Below are positions 12,273-24,469 of a DNA stretch of 64,000 bases, piece by piece (position 1 is the first letter of the stretch; the number at the start of each line of letters is the position of its first letter). Source of the DNA: Callorhinchus milii (taxonomy: Eukaryota). The stretch spans positions 87,546,001-87,610,000 of the forward strand of contig NW_024704742.1 in assembly GCF_018977255.1 (NCBI RefSeq), in the 5' to 3' direction. The notes beneath the pieces are model-generated. The model had not been told where the DNA came from and made no database searches. It was given only the letters and a program-made list of their open reading frames with translations. The position numbers were made by a program, and so were the translations under genes.

Positions 12273-14374
12273 GTACGTACTCTAATGTTTGATTCTTTTA
12301 TTTTCGGGCAAGGCTGTTTGTGAGACAAAAATAGCGCAAAGAATTGCCCCATCTGCTTACAAAACTCACTACACCTGGCAGCAATTTGCCTAGAAAATAC
12401 ACAGTCATTACTCTTTACAGCAGGGTTTTTTGACATGCTCAGAGACTTCCTCCTGACATGAGCGGCACAATATGAGCGTCAGCAAAGATTATTATTGTTA
12501 TAGTTACTTGTGTGGTATTGAGTTGTTTGACATAAGGCACCATAAAAATATACGTGCTTTCCGTTACCCCAATTTCTCAGTTTTTTTCCCTCTCCTGTAT
12601 CTTACAAATTTAACTGAAAGCTGTGATCTCTTATCTTTAATGGTTCCACTGTTAATCCACCTTAATCTATTGACATTCCAAGCCTGACTATCTATCTGCT
12701 TTGCTGTCGAATGCAATGCCGAAGAAGCTAAGTCCGTGCACTTTCCCCTCAACGGCTTTTAACCTTCTATTATAAAGCTTAGGCTCATCCAATATAATTT
12801 ATATTTGTATAGAGCCTTTCACATTGTGAGGACATCTCAAAGCGCTTAACATTCAAGATTTAAATGCTGTTCCTATATCCCAGGGGAGGTTCTTCCACCG
12901 CTTTCCCTGTACATCATGTGTGAAAAATAATGTTGCAAAATGTGTGAATAAATCCTGTAACAGCTTAATCTTAAAGTGCCTCTCCTACCCCAACCGCCCC
13001 TGCCCAGTTTATTACATCAGCTACTTATGTAATTATGGAGGGGGGAGAAGGTTTTGATATAGCATACCTCCCAATTGCACATTCTCCTTTTCTGAGGCTC
13101 CTTACTGCAGCTGAGAGCAGTCTTTGGAGCACTCCTGTTCCCTGATGAAAGAATGAAGGTATGTCCCTATTACAGCCCTCTTCTCTCTCCTTCCTCCCCC
13201 CCCCCGCCCCCCGCCCATGAGTTAGCAATCTATTTTTCATATTGTGCGCATTCCTGCAGAGCAAAAAATTGAGGTGTTCGGTGCTGAAAGTAGTCCTACT
13301 TATTATCATGATGCAGTGTGCCACAATAACTTGCGCTCTGCAAGCAGTCTACTCTCGCCTTGGCAGTCTTTATTGTTAAACAAACTGAAATGATTTAAGC
13401 TGTACTTTCATCCACTGTACATTCTGTAAATGGGAATAAACGGCTCACTGATGCCAAGGATGGCTGTAGGATCAGAGTTCATTGGGGCATTTGAAAGGGA
13501 ATTAGATGGCCAAATGTGAAGGAAGGGAATTAGAGGCTGCATGTGAAGAGCAGAAAATTGGAGCCAATGCTAATCCTAATACATTGGATTACATACCCTC
13601 CTCCTGTGTCATACATTTCTATAGATCTTTCAAATAGCCTTTCCAATTAACAAAGAACAATGGTCCATGTACATGACTACCTCACAGGCAAAAAAATTAG
13701 TTTCAGCGTATCAGATGCACGGAGATAGGCATAGCATTTCCTTAGATCCACAGTTTTGGTGTTTCTTCGTTAACCAGTCTACAGTTCCTGCCTGAATTCT
13801 GCTTAAATTCTCATCAAACATTGGGTACTTGGCTCTTTACGTAGCTGCCATTAGGTTGGCCAGTTTATGATTTGAACGCTCTGTACTTCATTAATCGATC
13901 TGTGCCTTGAATTAAAGATTTAGAATCACACATTTCATTATTAAACACCAATTAAACGAGTGATTCAATCGGGAAGTTCAAAGCCTTTGTTTCACTATTA
14001 CCTGGGAACTGGTTTTATGGAAACCAAAACAGATGAAATGGTCTAAAATATGCAAAGATCATTTGGTTTATCCGTAGAACATATCCTTACTATTTTGAAG
14101 CTTGAGTCTTTTTAAAACAAAATTTGGGTTGAAATAGTTTTAGTTCCATTTTAGTTCCCACACAGTTTTTTGTGTCTCTAACAATGCTTGCTAGAGAAGT
14201 AGATAAGGGAGCAGACTCCCAAGAGCTCTGAAATGATGCTCTGAAACCAGCCAGTGATGATAGAGAAAGGCTTCCTCCGGTGGTGGTCGCTCTGGGCACC
14301 TGCCAGAGCAACATAGATTATACTGGAGATTTACAGTGTGGCAACAGTGCAGGTGTAGACCTGGAGATTAGTGC

Positions 14375-14805
14375 TTTAATAATCTGTGCATCTGATATAG
14401 TGGCTTTCACATCAGGAAGATGTCCCAAAGTACTTCATGGGAGATTACTGTAAAGTGTAGTTACTGTACTTTGTAGGGAAATGTGGCAGCCAACTTGCGC
14501 GCAGCAATGTCCCACAAACAAAGTGAGTGACCAATTATAATCTGTGGGATATGTGGCTGGGACAGAGGAAGCAACTGCCTTTCCTTTTCAAATAATGCAG
14601 AGGGATCTTTAACATCCACCTGAACAGGCAGATGGGATCTTGTTTTAATGTTTGATCTAAAAACAGCAACTACAGCAATACAAGGCTCCTCCAGCACTGT
14701 ATTGGAATGACAGCCTTGACTGAGGTCAAAGTTTCCACGTGGGCTTGAACCCAAAGCCATTCTTTTGACTCAGAGGCATGTGTACCACCAACTAAGCCAG
14801 CCTGA
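14375..14805 (-). mobile_element. Older tRNA-headed Deu-domain SINE (SacSINE1/AmnSINE-like)
   Basis: Minus strand ggcttagttgg...gagtcaaaag...gggttcaagccc...gttcaggtggatgttaaagatccc...gtttgtgggacattgctgcgcgcaagttggctgcc. Related copies at about 6027-6426, 30585-30950, 31720-32060, 32635-32900, 45780-46510 and 57290-57615. Confidence 0.65.
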
Positions 14806-14908
14806 CGTATCCATTTGCCACAGCAGCTTATTGCTTGGTGAACAATTTTCCTGAGCTTCTGCACATTTGATAATTTTTTTCAGAAAATACAGCACAAAGA
14901 ATTGTTAA

Positions 14909-15046
<138 letters not shown>

Positions 15047-17946
15047 TAAGTGCAATGTTTTTTAGTGAGAGTTCAGAATCCAATTCAATAGGATGTTCCT
15101 AGAGATTATGGGCTTCAGTTATCAAGAAAAGTTTGGGACTTCTCATGGAGATCTTCCTGATTTATGAAGGATTTTGATAAAGGAAATAGTAATAGATTAT
15201 TTGCACTGGTCAGCGAGTCATTGACGACAACAACAAGAAATTACATTTGTATACTGTCACATTGTCGCCTGCCATGTTGGGAGGACGTCCCAAAGCGCTG
15301 GTCATTCATGGGGTAGTTAATGACGAGAGAGCACCCAGGTTTAAAATGACCACAGCAAGAATCAATGAGGGTGTAGGAAACAAATGTTTACAAAGAGGAT
15401 GCCAATAAATCTCTACCGCACAAAGCATTTGAAGCAGAATGCAAACTCTGGTTTTAACAGGAAAATTGGGTAATAATAACTTGCATGTATTCAGTGCCTT
15501 TCACATCAAATGAAATGGCTTGGAAAAGAGCAAGATTGAAGAGGAATAGGAGGGAATGTGGGGGGAGCTGGGAAGTGGGACTAAATGTGTTTGTTTATAG
15601 AGCAAAACATGTTGACAATGGCCTACTTCTGTGTAGTAATATTCTCTTGAGTGCTTTTCTCGTGACATTGTAAACCATCAAAGTGAAATAGGTATAGGGG
15701 GATTGGAACAGCGTAAATAGTAAAGCCATTAGAATCGAGTGCAACCTTTTCCCCTCAGTCTTAGCCTATTTTGTACAGCAAATTCTCTGTCCTGGTTGAT
15801 TTTAAATGTGGTGTGTCCAATTTTTTTTTCTCTCCACAATGGGCCTTTGCCTCTGTTCCTGTTCCACAGCTTCCTTTGCCTGGGATACATCCTATCCAAA
15901 GATGCAGTTCCACGAGCACTGGTTGGTTAACTCTCCGGTTCCCTGCCCAAGTAGCCATTCTTCATGTGTGAGCCTTGGCAGTGAGTGTTGGCAGAGCTGT
16001 GGAGGGCATTACAAGCTGACCCCTCCACACACAACACACTCACACAACCAGTAGAGGGTGTTTAAAGAGGTCCAGGAACCCAGCTGTCTTTCCCCTCCCT
16101 AACCCTGGGAAGGTTAGGGCCAATTTAGCATTCCCATACAGCCCTGGATGAGACAGCACACTCAGTGAGGGCTGGGATTTGAACCAGTGAACTCCAGGAC
16201 CAGAATTGCAGCTCTTTCCAATGAACCTTCAGGGCTGCCCTCGTCCCGGTTGATTTATGTTGAGCTCCAGTATCCTACCCAAAGACTGCACACTTCAGTT
16301 TTGAAAAAACAGCTTGAATTTATTTAGAGTACAACCGGTTTCTGTTATAGCGTGATCGTTTCTTGGCTCATAAATTGCCCTTTTTGATGTTCATAACCAA
16401 ACTTTTCAATGGTCTCCACTGCAGACAGCTGGCTCCTTTGTGCTGGTGCCTTCACCACCAGCTCTGTTTCTCTAGGACAGTCTTTTCTTTCAGCTCATTC
16501 AGTCTTGAGTTGCCTCCACCTTCCTAGTCCCAACCTATGTGGAACAGCCTGTGGTCATTACTCTGCTCAAACAGTCCACTAAGCCGCTTTTTGATGCTGA
16601 CTACATATATATAGAGAGAGATTTTTTTGAAGCATACAGTATTGTATCGGCAATGGGGAGCGAGATCACAGAATGAAATATTGTGTGTTTTAAAACTCGG
16701 GCTGTTGGCCCTTAAAACAAAGGTTTAGGATCACAGAACAGATTTTATACACATTTAAACCCAAGCTGTTTGGCTCTTAAACAAAAGGGTATGGTCTTGG
16801 ATCAGTGCCTCTCTCTGGACGACTTCCCATCTGTGAAGTTGAGAGAGGCAAACAGCAAGCTGCTGTTCTGTGCAGGAAACCATCCCGCTGTTGAATTCTG
16901 TAGCTGCCGACTTCCGTTCCTGCTGGGGAATAGGATTTGGCGCCGGTCACGTGAATCAGTTACATTTCAGTTACAACTTGGTTAGATATAAAACTAGGAT
17001 TATTATTTATGGAGAAAACAAATAGAGTAGTAATAATCCTTACATTTGATATTGCATTGAATACCAAGTTTGTCTACAAAACACAGTCACTTTAAAGTAT
17101 ATCCTATGAAGTGCTTGGGATATCCTCCTGACATGAAAGGTCCTCTGCCCTATTTAAGGATGATTATTATGTAGCACTGAAAGTGCTCCACAAAGCTTTC
17201 TGTAAAGTGCAGCAACTGTATATTTGCAGACGAGTGCAGCAGGGATTTTGTGCGCAGTAAGGTCCCACCAATGACCATGAATTGAATGATCAGTTTCATC
17301 TGGAGGATTGTTGGTCAGGACACTGGGGAGATGAGCTAACTTGCTGAAAGAAATCAACACATCACATTGAATGCTTCTGTGTACACTCAGTGAGCTGTGT
17401 GCACATAGAATTTGTACAGCTTCAACCATGTGTTCAGCCTGAGACAGCAATCGAATCACATAGATTTTGCTGTTCTCATTCTATATATTTAGAGTTTTTT
17501 TTTACTGTAGATGTGGGATTTTATTTTACTGTAGAATGTCACCGGTCCAGTGTACAGAGATGTGAAAATTACTACATTGCTGGTTACTCTTGTAATTTGA
17601 CCTTTCCTCTTGCCATGCTTCTGCTGCAAGTCTGCAGTGCTCCATGGCGGTATCCTACATCGTAGAGTTAACGTACTTAAAAGTCACTCTGTTAATGCAA
17701 ATTGTTGTTGTTGTTGTCAAGCACCACTGGTGTTGATTGCTCAGATGCTACCCTCATGAAGGGCGCTATAAATTGAAGTTGTTGTATCCATCATTATAAG
17801 TACCAAATATATTAGTTATAAATCCCTGAACTCAGCCTGGAGCATAGCTGTAATAAGCTATATGGCTTTTTCCTGAGTGTGGTGTGCTAGCTCGTGTCTA
17901 TTATAAATCCTCAAAGCTTCCCAGCTAACTATTTTGCATCTTGTAG

Positions 17947-18168
17947 ATACGAAACCACGTCCAGTGATGATTCCAGTTCAGATGAGAGTTCATCTTCTGA
18001 ATCAGAAGAGGAGCTTGAAGAACCAGACTCTTGTAAAGATGAATTTGAAGGTAATAGCGAAGAGTCGTCAGAGGGACCTGTTGTACGTCAGCCTGAGACT
18101 GAAAAAGATGTGTCAGGAGAAAGTGAGGAATTGGACAAAGAGGTGGACAAGGTGGAAATAAGGGAGAG
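17947..18168 (+). CDS. KANK1: KANK1 coding exon (YETTSSDDSSSDESSSSESEEE acidic region)
   Basis: cttgtag|atacgaa ... gagag|gtatg; phase 2/2; YETTSSDDSSSDESSS is typical of KANK1. Confidence 0.93.
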
Positions 18169-18552
18169 GTATGAACAACCTGCATACGAGTATTGTAATT
18201 TATAATGCTGATTGAAGACAGTGATCATATCATCTACATGTATTTGATGGGATTGCTCACATTTCTAGCACTCGTCACAAGAGATGCTCTTGATCTGATC
18301 CATATTCTCAGTGAGATAAAGGGAAGACTTACTCCTTCCCCATGAAAATTCTGTTGAAAAGTCACTTTTGCACACTTCCCGTTAACTGTTTTTACATAAT
18401 GACATTGGCAGAACCTCACAAGTAACTAGTCTGCCTATTCTATTGAACTGGGAAATGTGGCGCAGCCTGAGGCCAGTTGAAAATCAAAATTGTTTACAAA
18501 AGCTCATGCTGAGTAAAATATGTTTGCATTAACATTGTTTTTTTTGAAAAAG

Positions 18553-18640
18553 GTATGAGTTAAGTGAGAAGATGGTTTCGGCATGCAAACTACTGAAAAG
18601 CCAGCTCTGTGACCCAAAAGCAATGGCAAGCAAAGAAGTG
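18553..18640 (+). CDS. KANK1: KANK1 coding exon ([29 protein letters not shown])
   Basis: tttttgaaaaag|gtatgag ... gaagtg|gtaggt; phase 2/0; matches the pre-ankyrin helical region of KANK1. Confidence 0.9.
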
Positions 18641-19712
18641 GTAGGTTTAAATTAATCAAACAGCAATGGTTTAGTGACTAATTTTATTTAGGGGAAATTT
18701 TGGCCAGGACACTGGGAAAAACTCCTTTTTCTTTTTCAATAGTGCCATGGGATCTTCCAACATCCACCTGAACAGGCAGACCCAATGTATCGTGCTCAAG
18801 ATTATTTTCCCCGGGTCAATTGAAATATTTAAGAGTTTGGTGGATGAATATTTGGCGGGCAGAAACTCAAAGGATATAGTGAGCGGGCTGTGAAATGTCA
18901 TTAAATTGCAGATCAGCCATAATCTAATTAAGTGGACCAGGCTTCATGAGCTGAATGCTCTGTCCCATTCCTATCTAATGCAATGGTACTTTACAGTATT
19001 TCTATTTTGTTGCAGTGGCTTTTATAGGATATTACATAATGTTCCAGGATAGAGTATTTTCTTTGGAAACAAAAGCCTTAGAAAGCACTGCTGTAACCTA
19101 TTTAGACATTGTAGCCCTTTTATAATGAAGCCTATTATTATTATTATTATTACTTCATTGCGATGACATGATATTAGGAAATGTACTATATCAAAAGCTG
19201 CCTGGTTGAACACATCTGACAATTTCATGAAGCTAATAGTTTTCAGTATTGTTAAATATTAACATTATTAAATATTAAATAAACCTTGCATTCCTTCTGC
19301 TGCTTATGTATTATCAGTCAGACCGCTAAACTACAGAGAGAGAATTGCACTCCTGCGACAAATTCCTGTCATTAAAATCCTGTATTTCATGTAATAAAAC
19401 TATCTGCCTTTGTAAAAACTTGATTAAAGTTCTGACTGCAGATCACAGATTCCATCCACTTGCATAGTTCATAGAATGCCACTGCTTCGTAAGAGCTCAC
19501 ATTTGAATAGCAAGCAGGGAGGTGTATTTCACTGCAGTAGGAGTGTTGCATTGTTTTTCAGTTGCATTGTGAATAAATAGGATATGGAGAGATTCAGCAC
19601 GCTATCAGAATTCACTATAAAGGGGCTTCAATATGCTTTTTGGATACTTTTTCTTTCCTCTACTTAAGTTCCCCCTTTCCTAATGTAAAGCTTGCTTGTG
19701 TAAATTTGACAG

Positions 19713-19932
19713 AGACTTTGCCTGAACAGTGTCCAGCATGAATGGTTCCGAGTGTCTAGTCAGAAGTCGGCTGTTCCCACCATGGTGGAGGACTACTTGA
19801 CAGGATTCAGGGAGATCTCTTTGGAAGTCTTGAAGCATGTGGTCAATATGGCAGATGGCAATGGAAACACGGCCCTTCACTATAGCGTGTCTCACTCAAA
19901 CTTCGAAATTGTGAAGATGCTTCTAGATGCAA
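19713..19932 (+). CDS. KANK1: KANK1 coding exon, start of ankyrin-repeat domain
   Basis: tttgacag|agactt ... gatgcaa|gtatg; [20 protein letters not shown]...[29 protein letters not shown]; phase 0/1. Confidence 0.96.
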
Positions 19933-21009
19933 GTATGTTTTATAGTTCCTTTATTGTAGCCTACATGTTTATACGATAAATATATTTATTTATATGTATC
20001 TTTTATATATATAAATTTATACACACACGCACACAAAATATACACACTCATCACTCCAAGGGTAAAAGACTCAGTGACGAGTTATCAGGAAGGGCGAGTT
20101 AGGCATACATAAAAATACAAAATAAATGGGGCTGGAATATTGCCAGCATGATGACTTCAATTGTAGTGGTAAGTTAAGCTAGGGTCGAGTTATCAGCAGT
20201 TTACTGTATTCTGCAGAGGGGTCAAGGAATCTCTTCTGTGCATCCCTTAACCCCTCTGCGTGCAAATCGGCAGCCATGCGTTCAGCCACTTCCCCACCCA
20301 TCCGCCCAACCTCTGGAACACCTAGCCGCAATCCTTTCACCTTGCCCCCTCTTTACTAGTCTTCAGATCACACCTGAAGACTTTCCTCTTTGACCGTGCC
20401 AACAGTCACCTCCCTTTTCCCAACTTGGCATCAAACTATGGGTAAGTAATAGATCAAAGCCCAGACAGCTTTCCAGTATCTGAATACCTTCACACACTTG
20501 TGTGATCTGTTTGTTATGCAGCGAATGACATCTGAGTACCTGGAAAAAAATAAACTTGCCATTTAGACACCAAAAAACAAATCTGTATAAATTAGGATTT
20601 GCTGACCTGGTTACAGAGATACTGGAGCCAAAAGAGGCTTCTCTAATGCACGTATATGTACTTATGTTCCTTTTTTAATCTCTTCTGTTCTAAAAGAACA
20701 CTGAGTGCTCTTTTGATTTGCTGAAATACAAGCCACACTATTGTTGCGTTAGGAATATTTAGAATTGTCCCTGAAGATGATCTCTTGTATTTGTTAATGT
20801 CTGAGACCTGGTTTATAAGTAACCATATACTTTAATTTAACTCGGAGTCTTTATTGCATTGAAAGATAGTCAAAATGTATGTTTATTTCTGTTTTAAGTA
20901 CTTTTGCATGATAGCTATCAGGAAAGGTATGCACATTAACAAAGCTTTGTGCTTATTGTCTTTGGACATTATCGTTTGCCAAGAGATTAAGGCCCTCTCT
21001 TTGTTACAG

Positions 21010-21152
21010 ATGTCTGCAACGTGAACCAGCAGAACAAAGCTGGCTATACTCCTATCATGCTGGCCGCTCTGGCTGCAGTGGAGACCGAGAAAGACATGAA
21101 AATCGTGGATGAGCTCTTTAGTCAAGGAGATGTAAATGCCAAAGCCAGTCAG
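21010..21152 (+). CDS. KANK1: KANK1 ankyrin-repeat exon
   Basis: ttgttacag|atgtc ... agtcag|gtcagc; [24 protein letters not shown]...GDVNAKASQ; phase 1/0. Confidence 0.96.
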
Positions 21153-21974
21153 GTCAGCAATGTCCTTGTTTGCACTGTAGCAATCCTTTTTGAGAGGTCT
21201 ATGCACATAGCTCTTTCAGAAGTGTTTGGAAGGATTCACTTTGTATGCCATAAAAATAATAGTAAAAATAATGCCTTTTTGGTTACCAGGTTAATGTCGT
21301 ACTCCATTTTATGCACAGCTAGTACATACCCCTCCTTAAGTATTTGAATTTTATAGCTAGGTTTGAATTTATAATAATAATAATCCTTGCATTTGATATA
21401 GTGCCTTAACATGTCTTTGAGACGTCTCAAAGCCTTTCACAGAATATAAGTGAATTAACTATTTGTGGATGAAACATGGATGAATTTAGCAGTGAATGAA
21501 AGATTCTGTGGGTAAAGAATAGAACTGCCGTAGCCTCTTGAGTTTTTTTTCTTAAAAACAGATTTTTAAAACATACATCAACTTGGTGGCGAAACTTCGT
21601 GAATATTTTTCGAGCAGGATTGTCTCGGTGCCACAAAAAACATAAAATAATGAATGGTCTGAAACTGACCACCTTCTGTTAACTAATGCCACAATCAAAC
21701 AATCACTGGTTAAACAATCACTTGCTCAGCTCCTCTACTTTATTCCCTTTCCAAGCAATTAAAAAAACACCAGGTAGCAATGTCAATCTGAACATCCAAA
21801 TCACCTCTGATCCCTATTTCAACTGTCTGTGTTAGAGCTGTTGCTTTCTCTTCACCTTTCATGCTTTACCTGTGTGTATCGTCTACAAATACACGGTCAC
21901 TACACTTCAGTGTAAAAATCCAGTGAAACGCTTAGACTTTGACAACATGATAAGACACTATATCAAATGCAAGG

Positions 21975-22270
21975 AGTGAAACTTTAGGTAAGTTTCCTTA
22001 CTCCACATGCTTCTGTTTACCTAGCAGTAAGTAGGACCCCACTTGTTAGTCGATTGGCGGATCACTTTCCAGGAGTAATAATCCCTTCAAAATAATAATA
22101 AATTGTTCACCCAATCCACGACTGTTTGTGAGACACTGTGTGTGCAATTGGCTGCTGTGTTTCACCCATAAAATATACATTCACTGCACCTTGCAGTAGA
22201 TTCTGTGAAGCGCTTTGAGACGTCTCGAATACATAAGACGCTATATCAATTGCAAGGTTTATTATTATTA
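21975..22270 (+). mobile_element. Same SINE, long subfamily, 5'-truncated
   Basis: aagtttccttactccacat...cctagcagtaagtagg...core...tail. Confidence 0.78.
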
Positions 22271-22754
22271 TGTTAACAGCTTGGGTTTTCTTTTTCCCCT
22301 GGTGTCTTCCCCCACCCTCCCTCTTTCTACCAACCCAGTGCACTTCCAGGTTTGGACCATTATTTATCTGCACCAGTGTTCGCTTGATTGAAGATTCTTT
22401 TTGCAATGCAAATGGTCTGTGCAAAGACGTAGTCTTTATGGGTTTGATGACCTGTGGTCCTATTGTACCTTTGTCCTTGTTTCCCTGTTCCACGTCCTTC
22501 CCTAGCTGAGTGAACTGGCAGAATATCAGTTCTCATGCTTCCGCCAAAATTTCTCTTTAGTATCCACCAATACACAGTGCAAGCAACACCAGGAGCAAAG
22601 AGTTTCCTTCTCTCTCTCCATTTAGTACTTTTCCATTGCACGTGCGAACTGTGCACCTGCTTTCCTACATGATTGCATCGTCTCCAGCTTGGAAATGCTG
22701 CTTGGAGCATGGAGTGATTGATAAGCTTTGTATGGTGTATCTGTGTTGTTTTAG

Positions 22755-23108
<354 letters not shown>

Positions 23109-23329
23109 TGAAGAAGGAATATTGAAGAAAATTTACTCAAATTCCTTTATTATTTTACTAATTTTCACGACATTGATGTACATAAATAAATAGAAGATGT
23201 ATTTATTTGATTCTTTTTTAAAAAGGATTTTGTTTTAAGAAGAAATGGATATAATAATAGTTGACCAGAATCACTTTCAAAGCCAAACTGTTTCTAATTT
23301 TGAAGTGTGGGATCCACTCCCCATCCCAG

Positions 23330-23646
23330 CAGGCTCCGGTTTGCTCCACGTCCCCCGCCTGGCCCATCCCACCGTTGGCGGTCGGGCCTTCAGCCTCTTT
23401 GCCCTCACCTTCCGGAAATCCATCCCACAATCCCTCCGCCTTGCTCCCTCTCTTTCCTCCTTCAAGGCACGTCTCAAGACCTTCCTCTTCTACAGCATCT
23501 TCGGTCACCCTCCTACCCTTACCCTCCCTGCCCTCCATCCCTGCTGATCCCAACCACCTACTCAAGGCCAAATCCCTGACTGTCCAGCACTTTGGGATCC
23601 CCTCCCGACGTGCAAAGTGCTATACAAATGTAGTTTGTTCTTGTTG
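23330..23646 (+). mobile_element. L2 3' fragment
   Basis: GGRAFSL...SFKARLKTFLF and L2-type tail. Confidence 0.75.
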
Positions 23647-23697
23647 TGGGAGGCTATAGCTGTAACGCTGTAAACCTTACACTGGATGTCTTTTCAG

Positions 23698-23796
23698 GAT
23701 GAAAGTACAGCCTTGTCCATTGCTCTTGATGCTGGTCATAAAGATATAGCAGTCTTGCTGTATGCTCATGTAAACTTCTCCAAAGCTCAGTCACCG
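23698..23796 (+). CDS. KANK1: KANK1 last ankyrin-repeat exon
   Basis: cttttcag|gatgaa ... tcaccg|gtgagt; [33 protein letters not shown]. Confidence 0.96.
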
Positions 23797-24469
23797 GTGA
23801 GTGCACATTTGATTGTTTTCCCATTTCACAATTTTCAGAGTAGTTCTTTGTTTAAAAAAANGGATAATAATGACTTCAGTGCATATAAATTAGTGTACTT
23901 AGTGCATTTCCCTTCATTACTCCCTGCATTTATATTGCGCCCTTCAAGCAGGCAGCGTCTCAGAGCGCTTAACAGTGGCAGACCCTGAAGCCGAGCCAGG
24001 AGGAGGGGTAGGTTACTGTAAACACAGTTGAAAAGGAAGTTCTTCAGTCATGATCTAAAAGAGGGGAAGGAGGGACTCAAGGCAGAGAGATTGAAGGAGA
24101 GAGTCCCAACGCTTTGGGGTGTGGTGGCTGAAAGCACAGCCACCGATGGTGGAGTGGAGGGGGTAAGGGACGAGTAGGAGGCCAGAGCTCACCTCAGTTA
24201 TCTCCAGGCCATACCCCAACAGCTGACTGTCTGTCAGCCAATGTTCTGCTAACACTGTTCTGTATCTGAGAACAGCCCAGAGTGACCAGCTCTCTGGTTT
24301 TCTCCCTCTTCATCGGGTACAGGAGCGCACTACTTGTCCGAATGCCAGCTAATCACATATCTACTTACGAAGGCTCAGAAACCCACCCTACCCTGCGTGA
24401 AGGTTGCTATATAAATGCAAGTTGTTGTGGTGGGAGTGAAGTCTAAGATTTGTGTTTGCAAAGTAACAA

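Noticed and set aside
23861..23861. N base (also at 45390) and long homopolymers such as the C-run at about 54579-54606
   Set aside because: Assembly ambiguity or simple repeats; some LINE frameshifts may likewise be sequencing errors.
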